A stretch of DNA of 64,000 nt from an uncultured virus (IMG/VR IMGVR_UViG_3300030110_004015). Taxonomy: Duplodnaviria > Heunggongvirae > Uroviricota > Caudoviricetes > Crassvirales. Under the pieces are notes generated by a model that worked only from the letters and a program-made list of their open reading frames with translations, had not been told where the DNA came from and searched no databases. The stretch lies in IMG/VR virus record IMGVR_UViG_3300030110_004015; one strand, 5' to 3'. The position numbers were made by a program, and so were the translations under genes. Each line of letters starts with the position of its first letter. The stretch's first letter is position 1. Shown here in pieces: positions 8,842 through 17,223 of this stretch.

Positions 8842-9051
8842 TTAACCTAACATTGTACCATAACCTCTACGTTGAGTCATCTTGGATATGCGAGCAGCGT
8901 CACTGCTTGACATTATTTGTATGGAATTGCCGGTTTTATGGTTTATAAGTGGTACACAGCCATATTGCTCGGTTTGAGAGCAGTCTACGCATACTTTGAA
9001 TCCAAGATTAACTCGTTGTATTGGTATTATTTTTTTACATTTACATTTCAT
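8842..9051 (-). CDS. DksA/TraR-like C4 zinc-finger protein
   Basis: CKC..IIP.QR..LG..VCVDC. Confidence 0.55.
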   Translation of the reverse strand: MKCKCKKIIPIQRVNLGFKVCVDCSQTEQYGCVPLINHKTGNSIQIMSSSDAARISKMTQRRGYGTMLG

Positions 9052-9068
9052 ATTGTATATTTTATTAT

Positions 9069-9098
9069 ATTATCCAATAGTAATCGTATTTAATTTGT
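9069..9098 (-). promoter_or_regulatory. Class I (early) promoter-like motif
   Basis: ACAAATTAAATACGA-N9-GATAAT. Confidence 0.75.
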
Positions 9099-9099
9099 A

Positions 9100-9270
9100 T
9101 TATGGTATAATTATATCAGGATTCTTGTGCGCCATCCACTCACAATTAGTTAAGTTGTGACCAGAATGAGTTAAAAACTCTTCAATTTGCTCATGCTCAG
9201 CAGTTATACCAATCTCATATTGATATACTTTACCATCTTCAAAATCTAATACTGTTATATATTTATTCAT
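9100..9270 (-). CDS. Small hypothetical protein (56 aa)
   Basis: Manual ORF MNKYITVLDFEDGKVYQYEI...NCEWM. Confidence 0.5.
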   Translation of the reverse strand: MNKYITVLDFEDGKVYQYEIGITAEHEQIEEFLTHSGHNLTNCEWMAHKNPDIIIP

Positions 9271-9341
9271 AATTTATTCTTCTTTCATTAAAGCACCATA
9301 ACACATCATGGTGATTAATATTAATATTATCCATCCTCCCA

Positions 9342-9677
9342 TTAGTCTATTTCATCACAGTTTTCACATCTATTTTCTACTTCAGTTTGCTTATAGATTT
9401 GTTCTCTATAATTAGGACACTCAAAGTCTTTACATAAGTTCATTTGTATATCTTCTAGTTTACTCAACATATCGAGTAAATTATGCACATATATTTCTGA
9501 CATTTGTACAAAACTATAACAATGAGTGACAGTATCATTAGTCATTCTCATTGACTGAATCATATCTTCAGTAGTTATTGATATTTCTTTTACTAGTTGT
9601 TTACTAGTTGGTGGATTTGTACTAAACCCACTTATCGCAAGTGATAGTGCTGCGACACTTAATGTTATTTTCTTCAT
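9342..9677 (-). CDS. Putative exported early protein
   Basis: Sec-type signal peptide MKKITLSVAALSLAISGFS. Confidence 0.55.
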   Translation of the reverse strand: MKKITLSVAALSLAISGFSTNPPTSKQLVKEISITTEDMIQSMRMTNDTVTHCYSFVQMSEIYVHNLLDMLSKLEDIQMNLCKDFECPNYREQIYKQTEVENRCENCDEID

Positions 9678-9679
9678 AT

Positions 9680-9940
9680 TTAATCTAAATTATCTCTATT
9701 TCCTTTTAATAATCCACCTTTTTTATCTAGTTCAATACAAGCGGCTATTGCATTTGCCATTAAATCTTCTTTAGGTTTTACTTCATTTGCCCATATTTCT
9801 TCGGCTCTTTTCTCAATATCTTCAATATAATCAAAGTGTTTCCAATAACCTAAGTGATGTTCTGTACCATAACTATCAATTACATAAACACTATAAACTG
9901 TATTACCTTGATATTTACTTATTTTTATTTGTCTACTCAT
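9680..9940 (-). CDS. Hypothetical protein
   Basis: Packed early-arm ORF. Confidence 0.55.
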   Translation of the reverse strand: MSRQIKISKYQGNTVYSVYVIDSYGTEHHLGYWKHFDYIEDIEKRAEEIWANEVKPKEDLMANAIAACIELDKKGGLLKGNRDNLD

Positions 9941-10066
9941 ATTATTCTTTCATTTATTATAGTTACAAATGTAAATATTATTGCACTCGCGGTACCAACA
10001 CCTATTATTGTTAGTATAGTTTGTAGTGCGTAGTGTTTAAATTGTATTTTAAATTTTCTATTCATA

Positions 10067-10255
10067 TTAATTATTTTTTAATCTATTATTTATTTCTTCT
10101 ATTACTTGTGAGAACAATTCTTCTTTGTCATTATAAAATTTATTATCTGACTCATTATAATTTCCGTACTCAAACATATAATCAACTAGTTTTTCTTCTA
10201 TATTATCTATTATAGTTTCTACTGTTTCTTCTATTATTTTATTTTTTACTGACAT
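10067..10255 (-). CDS. Small acidic hypothetical protein
   Basis: Downstream of a class I promoter motif. Confidence 0.5.
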   Translation of the reverse strand: MSVKNKIIEETVETIIDNIEEKLVDYMFEYGNYNESDNKFYNDKEELFSQVIEEINNRLKNN

Positions 10256-10293
10256 AGTTTATTTATTTATATTTATAATTTATTTACGTTTAT

Positions 10294-10323
10294 ATTATCC
10301 AATACTAGTCGTATTTAGTTTGT
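10294..10323 (-). promoter_or_regulatory. Class I (early) promoter-like motif
   Basis: ACAAACTAAATACGA-N9-GATAAT. Confidence 0.75.
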
Positions 10324-10458
10324 TATACATAACTCATTGTTGAGAATAATTTCTCATAACATTTACTCTTGTTTCTACTAACCATTATTAGTTGTCCACA
10401 CATTACTAATTTGTAATATTTACCGTTATATCTTATCATAATTTTATATTTTATTTGT

Positions 10459-10497
10459 TGTAGTGTGAGAATCGAACTCACAAAAACCATTACTACA
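10459..10497 (-). ncRNA. Minimal tRNA-like element (39 nt)
   Basis: TGTAGT-AATGG-TTTTT-GTGAG-TTCGATT-CTCAC-ACTACA. Confidence 0.55.
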
Positions 10498-10560
10498 CTG
10501 TACTCATTCACATTATTTATAGTTGTTAAACAAGTGGAACTACAACTTTTGTTTTAATTA

Positions 10561-10794
10561 CTATTCAGTAATTGTTTGTAAGTCACGACAAAAACTTGGT
10601 ACACAATTTGAATTAGTGTAACTTTTGTACTTATCAAAACAAGACATTGAGTCAAACCTTTCTTTGTGAGTATTATACACTTCATCATGATTATATGATA
10701 CTTTTTCTTGTTTTTTGTTAGTAAAAGTAATTACAGTATTTTTACCGATTAATGACTTTCTGATTACAAATCTTTTTGTTTCTAATTTTGACAT
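10561..10794 (-). CDS. Small hypothetical protein
   Basis: KRFVIRKSLIGKN...YNHD.VY...KYKSYTNS; follows a class I promoter motif. Confidence 0.65.
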   Translation of the reverse strand: MSKLETKRFVIRKSLIGKNTVITFTNKKQEKVSYNHDEVYNTHKERFDSMSCFDKYKSYTNSNCVPSFCRDLQTITE

Positions 10795-10850
10795 AATTTA
10801 TTTATTTAAGTTATTATTTATTTATTTATTAGTTGTTTGTTTGTATATAT

Positions 10851-10880
10851 ATTATCCAATTAGTATCGTATTTACATTGT
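10851..10880 (-). promoter_or_regulatory. Class I (early) promoter-like motif
   Basis: ACAATGTAAATACGA-N9-GATAAT. Confidence 0.7.
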
Positions 10881-10960
10881 ATAAAGTATATTGTTTGTTT
10901 AGTTGTTAGTTGTAGTCGTCACCCACTACCCCGACTCTCTTACTTTATAATTAGTATTTA

Positions 10961-11194
10961 TTATTTAATACTATTATTATTTATATTACTATAATTTAAT
11001 GTATCAATATAGTTTTTAGTTTGTTGTTTAGTAAACTCGACAGTATTTATATATATTGTTGTTTTAATTTTAATTATATTATTTATATTAAATGTATTAT
11101 ATTTAGTTGGTAAGTTATGTATTAAAAAAGGTATATATATATTGTTATTTAATTTTAATATTTGTTTGTTGTTTATTAATTTTAATTTGTTCAT
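10961..11194 (-). CDS. Small AT-rich hypothetical protein, first gene of the early arm
   Basis: Follows a class I promoter motif. Confidence 0.45.
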   Translation of the reverse strand: MNKLKLINNKQILKLNNNIYIPFLIHNLPTKYNTFNINNIIKIKTTIYINTVEFTKQQTKNYIDTLNYSNINNNSIK

Positions 11195-11208
11195 GTTAAT
11201 TTTATTAT

Positions 11209-11238
11209 ATTATCCACATGTAGTCGTAGTTAGTTTGT
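11209..11238 (-). promoter_or_regulatory. Class I (early) promoter-like motif
   Basis: ACAAACTAACTACGA-N9-GATAAT. Confidence 0.7.
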
Positions 11239-11367
11239 AAGTGAAATGTGAAACGTAGAAAATACGGGTGAATATGGATAATTCTATTGTGTCTAGGGCA
11301 AACGTTGACCTTTTCGATTCGATTATGGATTGAAACGCGGGGGCGCCAAAAGGTTTTGACTTTTCCT

Positions 11368-11395
11368 GGGAGAGGGGAGTGTAGGGGAGAGGGGG
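11368..11395 (+). other. G-quadruplex-forming motif in the divergent non-coding region
   Basis: GGG-AGA-GGGG-AGTGTA-GGGG-AGA-GGGGG. Confidence 0.55.
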
Positions 11396-11433
11396 CAACA
11401 CGGTACCTCTAAATTTACAATATGATTTTTTTA

Positions 11434-11480
11434 TGACATTAGGCTATTAATAGAATACTAGTAACAAGCTAGTGTCACAC
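11434..11480. promoter_or_regulatory. Operator-like inverted repeat upstream of the first late promoter
   Basis: TGACATTAGGC-N22-AGCTAGTGTCA; homologous to 3812-3856. Confidence 0.55.
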
Positions 11481-11487
11481 TATCACT

Positions 11488-11511
11488 TAAATAGTGTTTT
11501 TTATATGTAAT
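11488..11511 (+). promoter_or_regulatory. Class II promoter-like motif
   Basis: TAAATA-N12-TGTAAT before the first plus-strand gene. Confidence 0.55.
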
Positions 11512-11520
11512 ATAAGATAA

Positions 11521-11739
11521 ATGAAGCAAAGATTATCTCCCACAGCAAGACGAGACAAAAGAGCTCGAGATTTAAGATACGCGAATACTCGTGATAGAGA
11601 AATAAAAAGAGCGGAGAATCAAAGAAGACGTAGAGCTGCAATTAAAGCAGGTATCAATATAAAAGGTAAAGACTACGATCATAAAGATAATAAATTTAAA
11701 CCAGCATCGGAAAATAGAGCTGGAACTAAAAACGAATAA
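11521..11739 (+). CDS. Small basic HNH-like protein
   Basis: KGKDYDH...ASENRA pattern. Confidence 0.5.
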   Translation: MKQRLSPTARRDKRARDLRYANTRDREIKRAENQRRRRAAIKAGINIKGKDYDHKDNKFKPASENRAGTKNE

Positions 11740-11740
11740 C

Positions 11741-12523
11741 ATGTCAGAATACTCACCATATAAAATGAAGGGATCACCTATGTATCGTAACTACGGTATA
11801 GGTAAGCCACCTAAAGGAACTACTGAACCTACAGAGGGAAAAGAAAAACCTTCTAAGCAAAGCATGGAATCACAGGCAAAACTTGCAGGTGTAAGTGTAG
11901 AAAAGCTTAAAAAATATAAACAATCACCAGAATATGGTAAAGATAATAAACCTGTTGAACAATCAGAAGGTAAAGCAACACCAGCTAAATTCTTTAAAAA
12001 ACTAGGAAAAGCAGCAAAATTCTTAAATCCGTTCGGTGGAGCTGTGGCCGCGGTTAAAGGAATGAAAGCACTTAAAGGTAAAAACGAACAGCTAAAAGGT
12101 CTAGAAGAAAGAGTAACCGCGTTAGAAGGTGGAGGAGAAGGAGAAGCAGCGGCAGTTGGAGGTGAAGCGCAAGCAGCAGATCCAGCAGCGGCAGCAGCAG
12201 CTGAAGGAGGAGATCCAAAAGCAGCTAAAATTGCAGCGTTGAAAGCGGGACAAAAAGGAGCTGGTGGGCCTGCGGGAATAGCTGGAGGTATGATATCTGG
12301 CTTATCTGACATAAGAGCTAAAGAAAAAATACAAAAAACTGGAATATCAGCATCTGGTATCCCTATATATGAATTTAATTATATTGGTAGTGAAGCTAGA
12401 TATAGTGGAACTATGGCGCAAGACCTATTAAAAATGGGTGTAGATGCTGTTTCAATGCATGAAGACGGCTATTATAGAGTAAATTATAACAACATCGACG
12501 TAGATATGCGTCAAATAAATTAA
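11741..12523 (+). CDS. Basic protein with C-terminal peptidase S74 (autocleaving chaperone) domain
   Basis: SDIRAKEKI...IPIYEFNY...GTMAQDL...DGYYRVNY; N-terminal YKMKG motif. Confidence 0.7.
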   Translation: MSEYSPYKMKGSPMYRNYGIGKPPKGTTEPTEGKEKPSKQSMESQAKLAGVSVEKLKKYKQSPEYGKDNKPVEQSEGKATPAKFFKKLGKAAKFLNPFGGAVAAVKGMKALKGKNEQLKGLEERVTALEGGGEGEAAAVGGEAQAADPAAAAAAEGGDPKAAKIAALKAGQKGAGGPAGIAGGMISGLSDIRAKEKIQKTGISASGIPIYEFNYIGSEARYSGTMAQDLLKMGVDAVSMHEDGYYRVNYNNIDVDMRQIN

Positions 12524-12528
12524 TAACT

Positions 12529-13380
12529 ATGACATTTAAAATGAAAGGGCCATCAATGCACAAAGGAACATCAGGCCATAAAAAAGCATTAAATAGATAC
12601 CAAGAACTAGCAGTTGATAGATCAGGTGATCCATCTCCAAATAAAATGAAAGAAGCTGATGAAAAACAGAAAGCTTCAGAAAAATTCTTAAAGAAAGATA
12701 ATCCAAAGGTACCCATAAATCCAAGCGGCGAAAAAGAGGTTACTAGAGAGCGAGTTATAAAGGAAGCTAAAAAGAATCAAGAAAAAAAGATAGTAGGAGA
12801 AGGCGGAGCAGAATTATATAGAAAAAATGTAACCGAAAATCCGGCTGTACAAAAGAAGAAAAAAGAGAGGCTAGAGAAAATGAAAAGGGAGGGAAAACGC
12901 CCAATCCCAAAAAGAAAAGATTCTGCAGCTAAAATGGCTAAAAAATCACCAGCTAAAATGGCTGGAAAAGTAGCTGGTATGGTTGCTAAAAAAGCTGGAC
13001 AAAAAGCAGCAGCAAAAGGTGCTAAAAAAGCAACTCAAGCTGTAGCTGATAAGCAGGGAATAGATTCTCCAGCTAAAATGGGTAGTAAATCACCTACTAA
13101 AGCTGCTTTAAAAGGTAAGCAACACAATTTACCTGAAGATTTAAAAGCTAAAATAAAAGCATCACCAGCTAAAAATAAAAATGAAGGTAAAAGCAGAGGT
13201 ACAGAAGGTAAATTAACAAGAATAAAGCAAGGTGCAAATACTAAAGAAACTCAAAAAAATACTAAATATTATATTGGAACAACACCGTCTGACTCAACTT
13301 CATTTTACAATAAATATACCGAGCTTAAAGAAATAGGTAAAAAATATAAAAAAAATCAAGCAAAGAAAAATAAAAGTTAG
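12529..13380 (+). CDS. Lys-rich SPxK-repeat protein (putative virion internal protein)
   Basis: MTFKMKG start; SPNK, SPAK x3, SPTK, SAAK. Confidence 0.65.
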   Translation: MTFKMKGPSMHKGTSGHKKALNRYQELAVDRSGDPSPNKMKEADEKQKASEKFLKKDNPKVPINPSGEKEVTRERVIKEAKKNQEKKIVGEGGAELYRKNVTENPAVQKKKKERLEKMKREGKRPIPKRKDSAAKMAKKSPAKMAGKVAGMVAKKAGQKAAAKGAKKATQAVADKQGIDSPAKMGSKSPTKAALKGKQHNLPEDLKAKIKASPAKNKNEGKSRGTEGKLTRIKQGANTKETQKNTKYYIGTTPSDSTSFYNKYTELKEIGKKYKKNQAKKNKS

Positions 13381-13423
13381 GGAAACACCCTAAACCAAGT
13401 TATTAACCAAAAATAAAACCAAA

Positions 13424-13717
13424 ATGACTTATTTATACTACAAGACTAGTACGTATACTAGCAATGCTAAACCAAATGAAAAAACTATTAACCAGTGGAA
13501 ACATCTAGCTGATAAGAAAAACTGGAGAATTACACAATTACCGAATGGATTTTACCAAACGGAGGTGAATGACCCAGAAAACGATAAAAATTGGCACGAT
13601 GTTACACGTAGAGAGACCATAGAAGGCGCAGAAGCTGCTATAAACGGTAGTGTTGAGCACTTTTCTAAAAAATTAGACGCTATAAAAGGTCCAAAAGTCG
13701 TAAAAACATTTGAATAA
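13424..13717 (+). CDS. Phage hypothetical protein
   Basis: 97-aa ORF with A-rich leader preceded by hairpin TAGGG-AAACA-CCCTA. Confidence 0.65.
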   Translation: MTYLYYKTSTYTSNAKPNEKTINQWKHLADKKNWRITQLPNGFYQTEVNDPENDKNWHDVTRRETIEGAEAAINGSVEHFSKKLDAIKGPKVVKTFE

Positions 13718-13731
13718 CAACAAAATTACAC

Positions 13732-14535
13732 ATGGGATTTAAATTACCTAAACAATCTATAATACATGGTACAAAAGGCCACAAAAAAGCCGTTGAAACT
13801 GCTAAAGCTTCTCCGGCTAAAGGCCTTTTAGACAGTCTTCAAGACGGATTATCAGTTGCTGGTATGATTCCTGTTGTAGGAAACATAGCAGATGGTGCTA
13901 ACACACTGCTTTCGGGCGGTAGAGCTGCACACGCTAAATACAAAGGTGATGACAAAGCTGCAGCAAAACATACTAAAAACATGGCTATTAACGCTACAGC
14001 TATGATACCTGGTATAGGGCAAGCAGCTACAGCTGGAAAATTAGCTTTAAAAGGTGGAAAAGCTTTAACAAAAGCAACTAAAAAAGGAATTAAAGAAACC
14101 ACAAAAGAAGAAGCTGGTAAAAAAATAGCTAAAAAATCAGAAGTATTCGCAGCTAAAAAAGTTGGTGACGAAGCTATAGATAAATCAGTACAAGATAAAA
14201 ATATTGCTCAAACAGACACAAAACAACCTAAAAAAGAGAGTAAAGGTAAAGTAAGTTATGATCAAGCTTGGGAAAAGGCTGATAAAAGTAAATATGCTTC
14301 TAAAGAAGAGTTTACTAAAGAAGCTAAAGATTGGAATAAAAAACAAGCTGAGAAAAAACAAACTAAAAAAGAAACACCTAAAAAAGTAGAAAAAAAGCAA
14401 ATAGCTAAAAAAGAAGCTCCTAAGAAAGAAGCTCCTAAAAAGCAAAAGCCTAAAACACAAAAACCAAAAATAGCTAAAAACAAAACTCCTAAGAAAAAAG
14501 ATGGGGAAGGGCTATTTAGTAAAAATAAAGCGTAG
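13732..14535 (+). CDS. Lys-rich protein with pre-toxin TG (PT-TG)-like segment
   Basis: SPAK then LSVAGMIPVVGNIADGAN...AMIPGIG; KKE.PKK-rich tail. Confidence 0.6.
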   Translation: MGFKLPKQSIIHGTKGHKKAVETAKASPAKGLLDSLQDGLSVAGMIPVVGNIADGANTLLSGGRAAHAKYKGDDKAAAKHTKNMAINATAMIPGIGQAATAGKLALKGGKALTKATKKGIKETTKEEAGKKIAKKSEVFAAKKVGDEAIDKSVQDKNIAQTDTKQPKKESKGKVSYDQAWEKADKSKYASKEEFTKEAKDWNKKQAEKKQTKKETPKKVEKKQIAKKEAPKKEAPKKQKPKTQKPKIAKNKTPKKKDGEGLFSKNKA

Positions 14536-14561
14536 GAATTTAATCAAATTTAATTTAATAT

Positions 14562-16124
14562 ATGGAATACAATCAGCCTAGCGAGATTGTCAAAGATATA
14601 AACTTTGGTAATCAAGCTAAAGAAAGAATTATTGCTGGTGTTCAAAAACTAGCAAAAGCAGTAAAATCAACCTTAGGAGCATCTGGAAAGTGCGTGGTAT
14701 ACGAAGACGCCAGAGGACTCCCGGTCATAACAAAAGACGGTGTAACAGTAGCAGAATCTGTTGTCTTATTTGACCCGGTTGAGAATATGGGTGCAACCCT
14801 TATTAAAGAAGCTGCTAGAAATACAGTGAGAGAAGCAGGGGACGGTACTACTACAGCGACCGTCCTTGCTGAATCACTATTACAAGAAATAAATAATAGT
14901 GATGAAACTGTTAGAAGTATAAAAGACGGAGTTAAATCTGGTCTTAAAAAGGTAAATGATTACCTAGACAAAGTTTCTGTCAAGATCGAAGGCGATATGC
15001 TGGAATCTGTTAGTTCAATTAGTTGCAATAATGATGAAGAGCTAGGAAAGATTATAGCGGAGGCTTATACTAAAGTAGGTAAAGATGGTGTGGTATTAAT
15101 GGAAGAGTCACCAACTGAAGAAACATATGTTGACGTCGTTGACGGCGTGCAAATCGACTCAGGACTCACATCTCCACATTTTGTTACCGATAAAGATAAA
15201 CAAGTTTGTGAACTTGATAATCCACTAGTATTAATCGTAGCTTCAGAAATACCAAACATAAGAAGAATACAAACAATATTAGAATACGTTATAAAACAAA
15301 AACGTTCTTTATTAATTGTAGCACCAGTTGATCAACAGGTTAAAGCTGCCTTACTTATGAATAAAGTTAAAGGTAACATTAAAATTAATATAATTGACTT
15401 ACCAGGCTTTGGTCCTACTAAAAACGATACCGTAGCTGATTTAGCCTTATTAGTTAATGCTAAGGTAATAAACGAAGAACTAGGTGATGATTTAGACAAT
15501 ATAACTATAGATTGTTTAGGAAAAGCAAATACGGTTATAACTAATGATAAAAATACTATATTAACAATAGATGCTTTAGAAGAAGAAATTGAAGAAAGAA
15601 TTAAAAGCATACAAAGGTTAATTGATAAATCGGATAAAGATCCGTTTATGAAGAAAAAACATCAACAAAGATTAGCAATGCTATCAGGAAGTGTAGGTAT
15701 AATAAAAGTAGGTGCTAATTCTAAAGTTGAGCTAAAAGAAAAGAAAGATAGAGTAGAAGATGCAATATACGCAACAAAAGCAGCATTACAAGAAGGAATT
15801 GTATCTGGAGGAGGAATAGCACTATTAAATGCATCTCAAAAAATTTCAACCGACTCCGTCGGTGAAGAGATACTACTAAAAGCTATTACAGCTCCTTTTC
15901 ACACTATACTAGCAAACGCAGGTTTAGAACAAACAGAGCCAAGACCTACTAAAGGTTTAGGTGTAGATGTTGTTACAGGTAAAGCTGTTAACATGATTGA
16001 GTCTGGAATAATAGATCCAGTACTTGTTACTAAGTCCGCACTTAAAAATGCTATTTCTGTTGTGACTACTATTATATCAGCTGATTGTGTAATTTCAAAT
16101 ATGAGAATGAATGAAGGCAGTTAA
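14562..16124 (+). CDS. groEL: Chaperonin GroEL (phage-encoded)
   Basis: ITKDGVTVA, AGDGTTTATVLA, KEKKDRVEDA, GIVSGGG, GIIDP. Confidence 0.97.
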   Translation: MEYNQPSEIVKDINFGNQAKERIIAGVQKLAKAVKSTLGASGKCVVYEDARGLPVITKDGVTVAESVVLFDPVENMGATLIKEAARNTVREAGDGTTTATVLAESLLQEINNSDETVRSIKDGVKSGLKKVNDYLDKVSVKIEGDMLESVSSISCNNDEELGKIIAEAYTKVGKDGVVLMEESPTEETYVDVVDGVQIDSGLTSPHFVTDKDKQVCELDNPLVLIVASEIPNIRRIQTILEYVIKQKRSLLIVAPVDQQVKAALLMNKVKGNIKINIIDLPGFGPTKNDTVADLALLVNAKVINEELGDDLDNITIDCLGKANTVITNDKNTILTIDALEEEIEERIKSIQRLIDKSDKDPFMKKKHQQRLAMLSGSVGIIKVGANSKVELKEKKDRVEDAIYATKAALQEGIVSGGGIALLNASQKISTDSVGEEILLKAITAPFHTILANAGLEQTEPRPTKGLGVDVVTGKAVNMIESGIIDPVLVTKSALKNAISVVTTIISADCVISNMRMNEGS

Positions 16125-16371
16125 CCATTACATAGTCGTAAAAAATATAAAAACAGAACCAAAAAAGGTTGCTGGCTTAATTGTAACAGATGACACAGAT
16201 GTTGACAATAGGTATATAAAGGCTGATGTTATCTCAATAGGTAATTTAGTCGAAGGAATAAAAGAAAACGATATTGTATATTATGATAAGCATGCTGGTC
16301 ACGATGTACAATACAAAGATACATTATACCGTGTTATTCGCTCGGGTGACGTGGTACTAATTGATACCTAA
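16111..16371 (+). CDS. groES: Co-chaperonin GroES
   Basis: 86 aa, GroES pattern (GLIV mobile loop, VISIG, D.VYY); overlaps the groEL end. Confidence 0.8.
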   Translation: MKAVNHYIVVKNIKTEPKKVAGLIVTDDTDVDNRYIKADVISIGNLVEGIKENDIVYYDKHAGHDVQYKDTLYRVIRSGDVVLIDT

Positions 16372-16436
16372 ACCAAAATCCAAAACCCTAGAACCTAAAA
16401 ACAAAAACAAATTAATAATTAAAAAAACAAAAAAAA

Positions 16437-16832
16437 ATGAAAGAAGTTTATTTGTACTTTCGTACACAGGCAACTATCGGAGACGATGACGCTGCGGGGG
16501 ATTCAGCTATGTATCCATTATCTGCCTTAAAAGGTATGGTGCCATCAGCTGATGACACGTTGAATCTTTATTTTGATCCAATGATTGCAAGACAAGAAGG
16601 TGGTGCTGCCGCTGCTGACGTTGTTAATAGTGATAAAGTTGTTGTATCATTAAGCGCAGTAAATACACATAAAGATGTTATGCAATCTTTAGCTCAATTA
16701 TTTTCTGGAGCTGCTAACGGTGGGTCTATTTACAATGATGGCTTTATATCGGTTGCTGATGATAAAACTGGCGTATATGCTGTTAGTGGAATCTCTGGTC
16801 TTAGTACTATGACAACTCCTACATTAGCGTAG
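16437..16832 (+). CDS. Hypothetical (possibly structural) protein
   Basis: 131-aa ORF with strong A-rich leader. Confidence 0.6.
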   Translation: MKEVYLYFRTQATIGDDDAAGDSAMYPLSALKGMVPSADDTLNLYFDPMIARQEGGAAAADVVNSDKVVVSLSAVNTHKDVMQSLAQLFSGAANGGSIYNDGFISVADDKTGVYAVSGISGLSTMTTPTLA

Positions 16833-16836
16833 TAGT

Positions 16837-17221
16837 TTGAGATTAACCGCGCAGGATCTGCGTGATATGAATATCCTTAAGTATTACAGGCTCACTAGAA
16901 AGTGGGTCTGTAAAACTTACGGGNNNNNNNNNNTTTTTAGACGGTACTTACACATATTCATGGGACAAAAACCGTTGGGAAAGATTACGAAGAGATGGTT
17001 GGATAGAAGTGTGGAGACATAGAAACAGAACAACTATAAAATACTCTGTATTCAAAACTACATTTAAATGCTCTCAAGTAATAACTAGAATATATAGAAT
17101 ACTATTAGGTGAAGAAGATTTACCTACATCAGAAAGAAGTATTTTTTACAATAATAAATCATACACAGATAAAGTTTATAATAAAGCTATAGATGATATG
17201 ATAAAAGACAAAGACAGATAA
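16837..17221 (+). CDS. Hypothetical protein, one gene interrupted by an assembly gap
   Basis: Ns at 16924-16933; an open frame after the gap reads FLDGTYTYSWDKNRWERLRRDGWIEVWRHR into ORF 17009-17221. Confidence 0.6.
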
Positions 17222-17223
17222 TT

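Noticed and set aside
10914..10936. Small GC-rich inverted repeat AGTCG...CGACT between early genes
   Set aside because: Only a 5-bp stem with a long loop and no U-tract on the coding strand; too weak to call.
3174..11238. Recurrent 30-bp motif as a CRISPR or mobile-element repeat
   Set aside because: Copies are irregularly spaced, separated by whole genes and have a variable internal spacer; no cas or transposase genes are present.
11210..11401. 63-aa minus-strand ORF in the divergent region
   Set aside because: Overlaps a promoter motif and the G-rich element; atypical composition.
16924..16933. Apparent frameshift or split gene
   Set aside because: Caused by a 10-N assembly gap.
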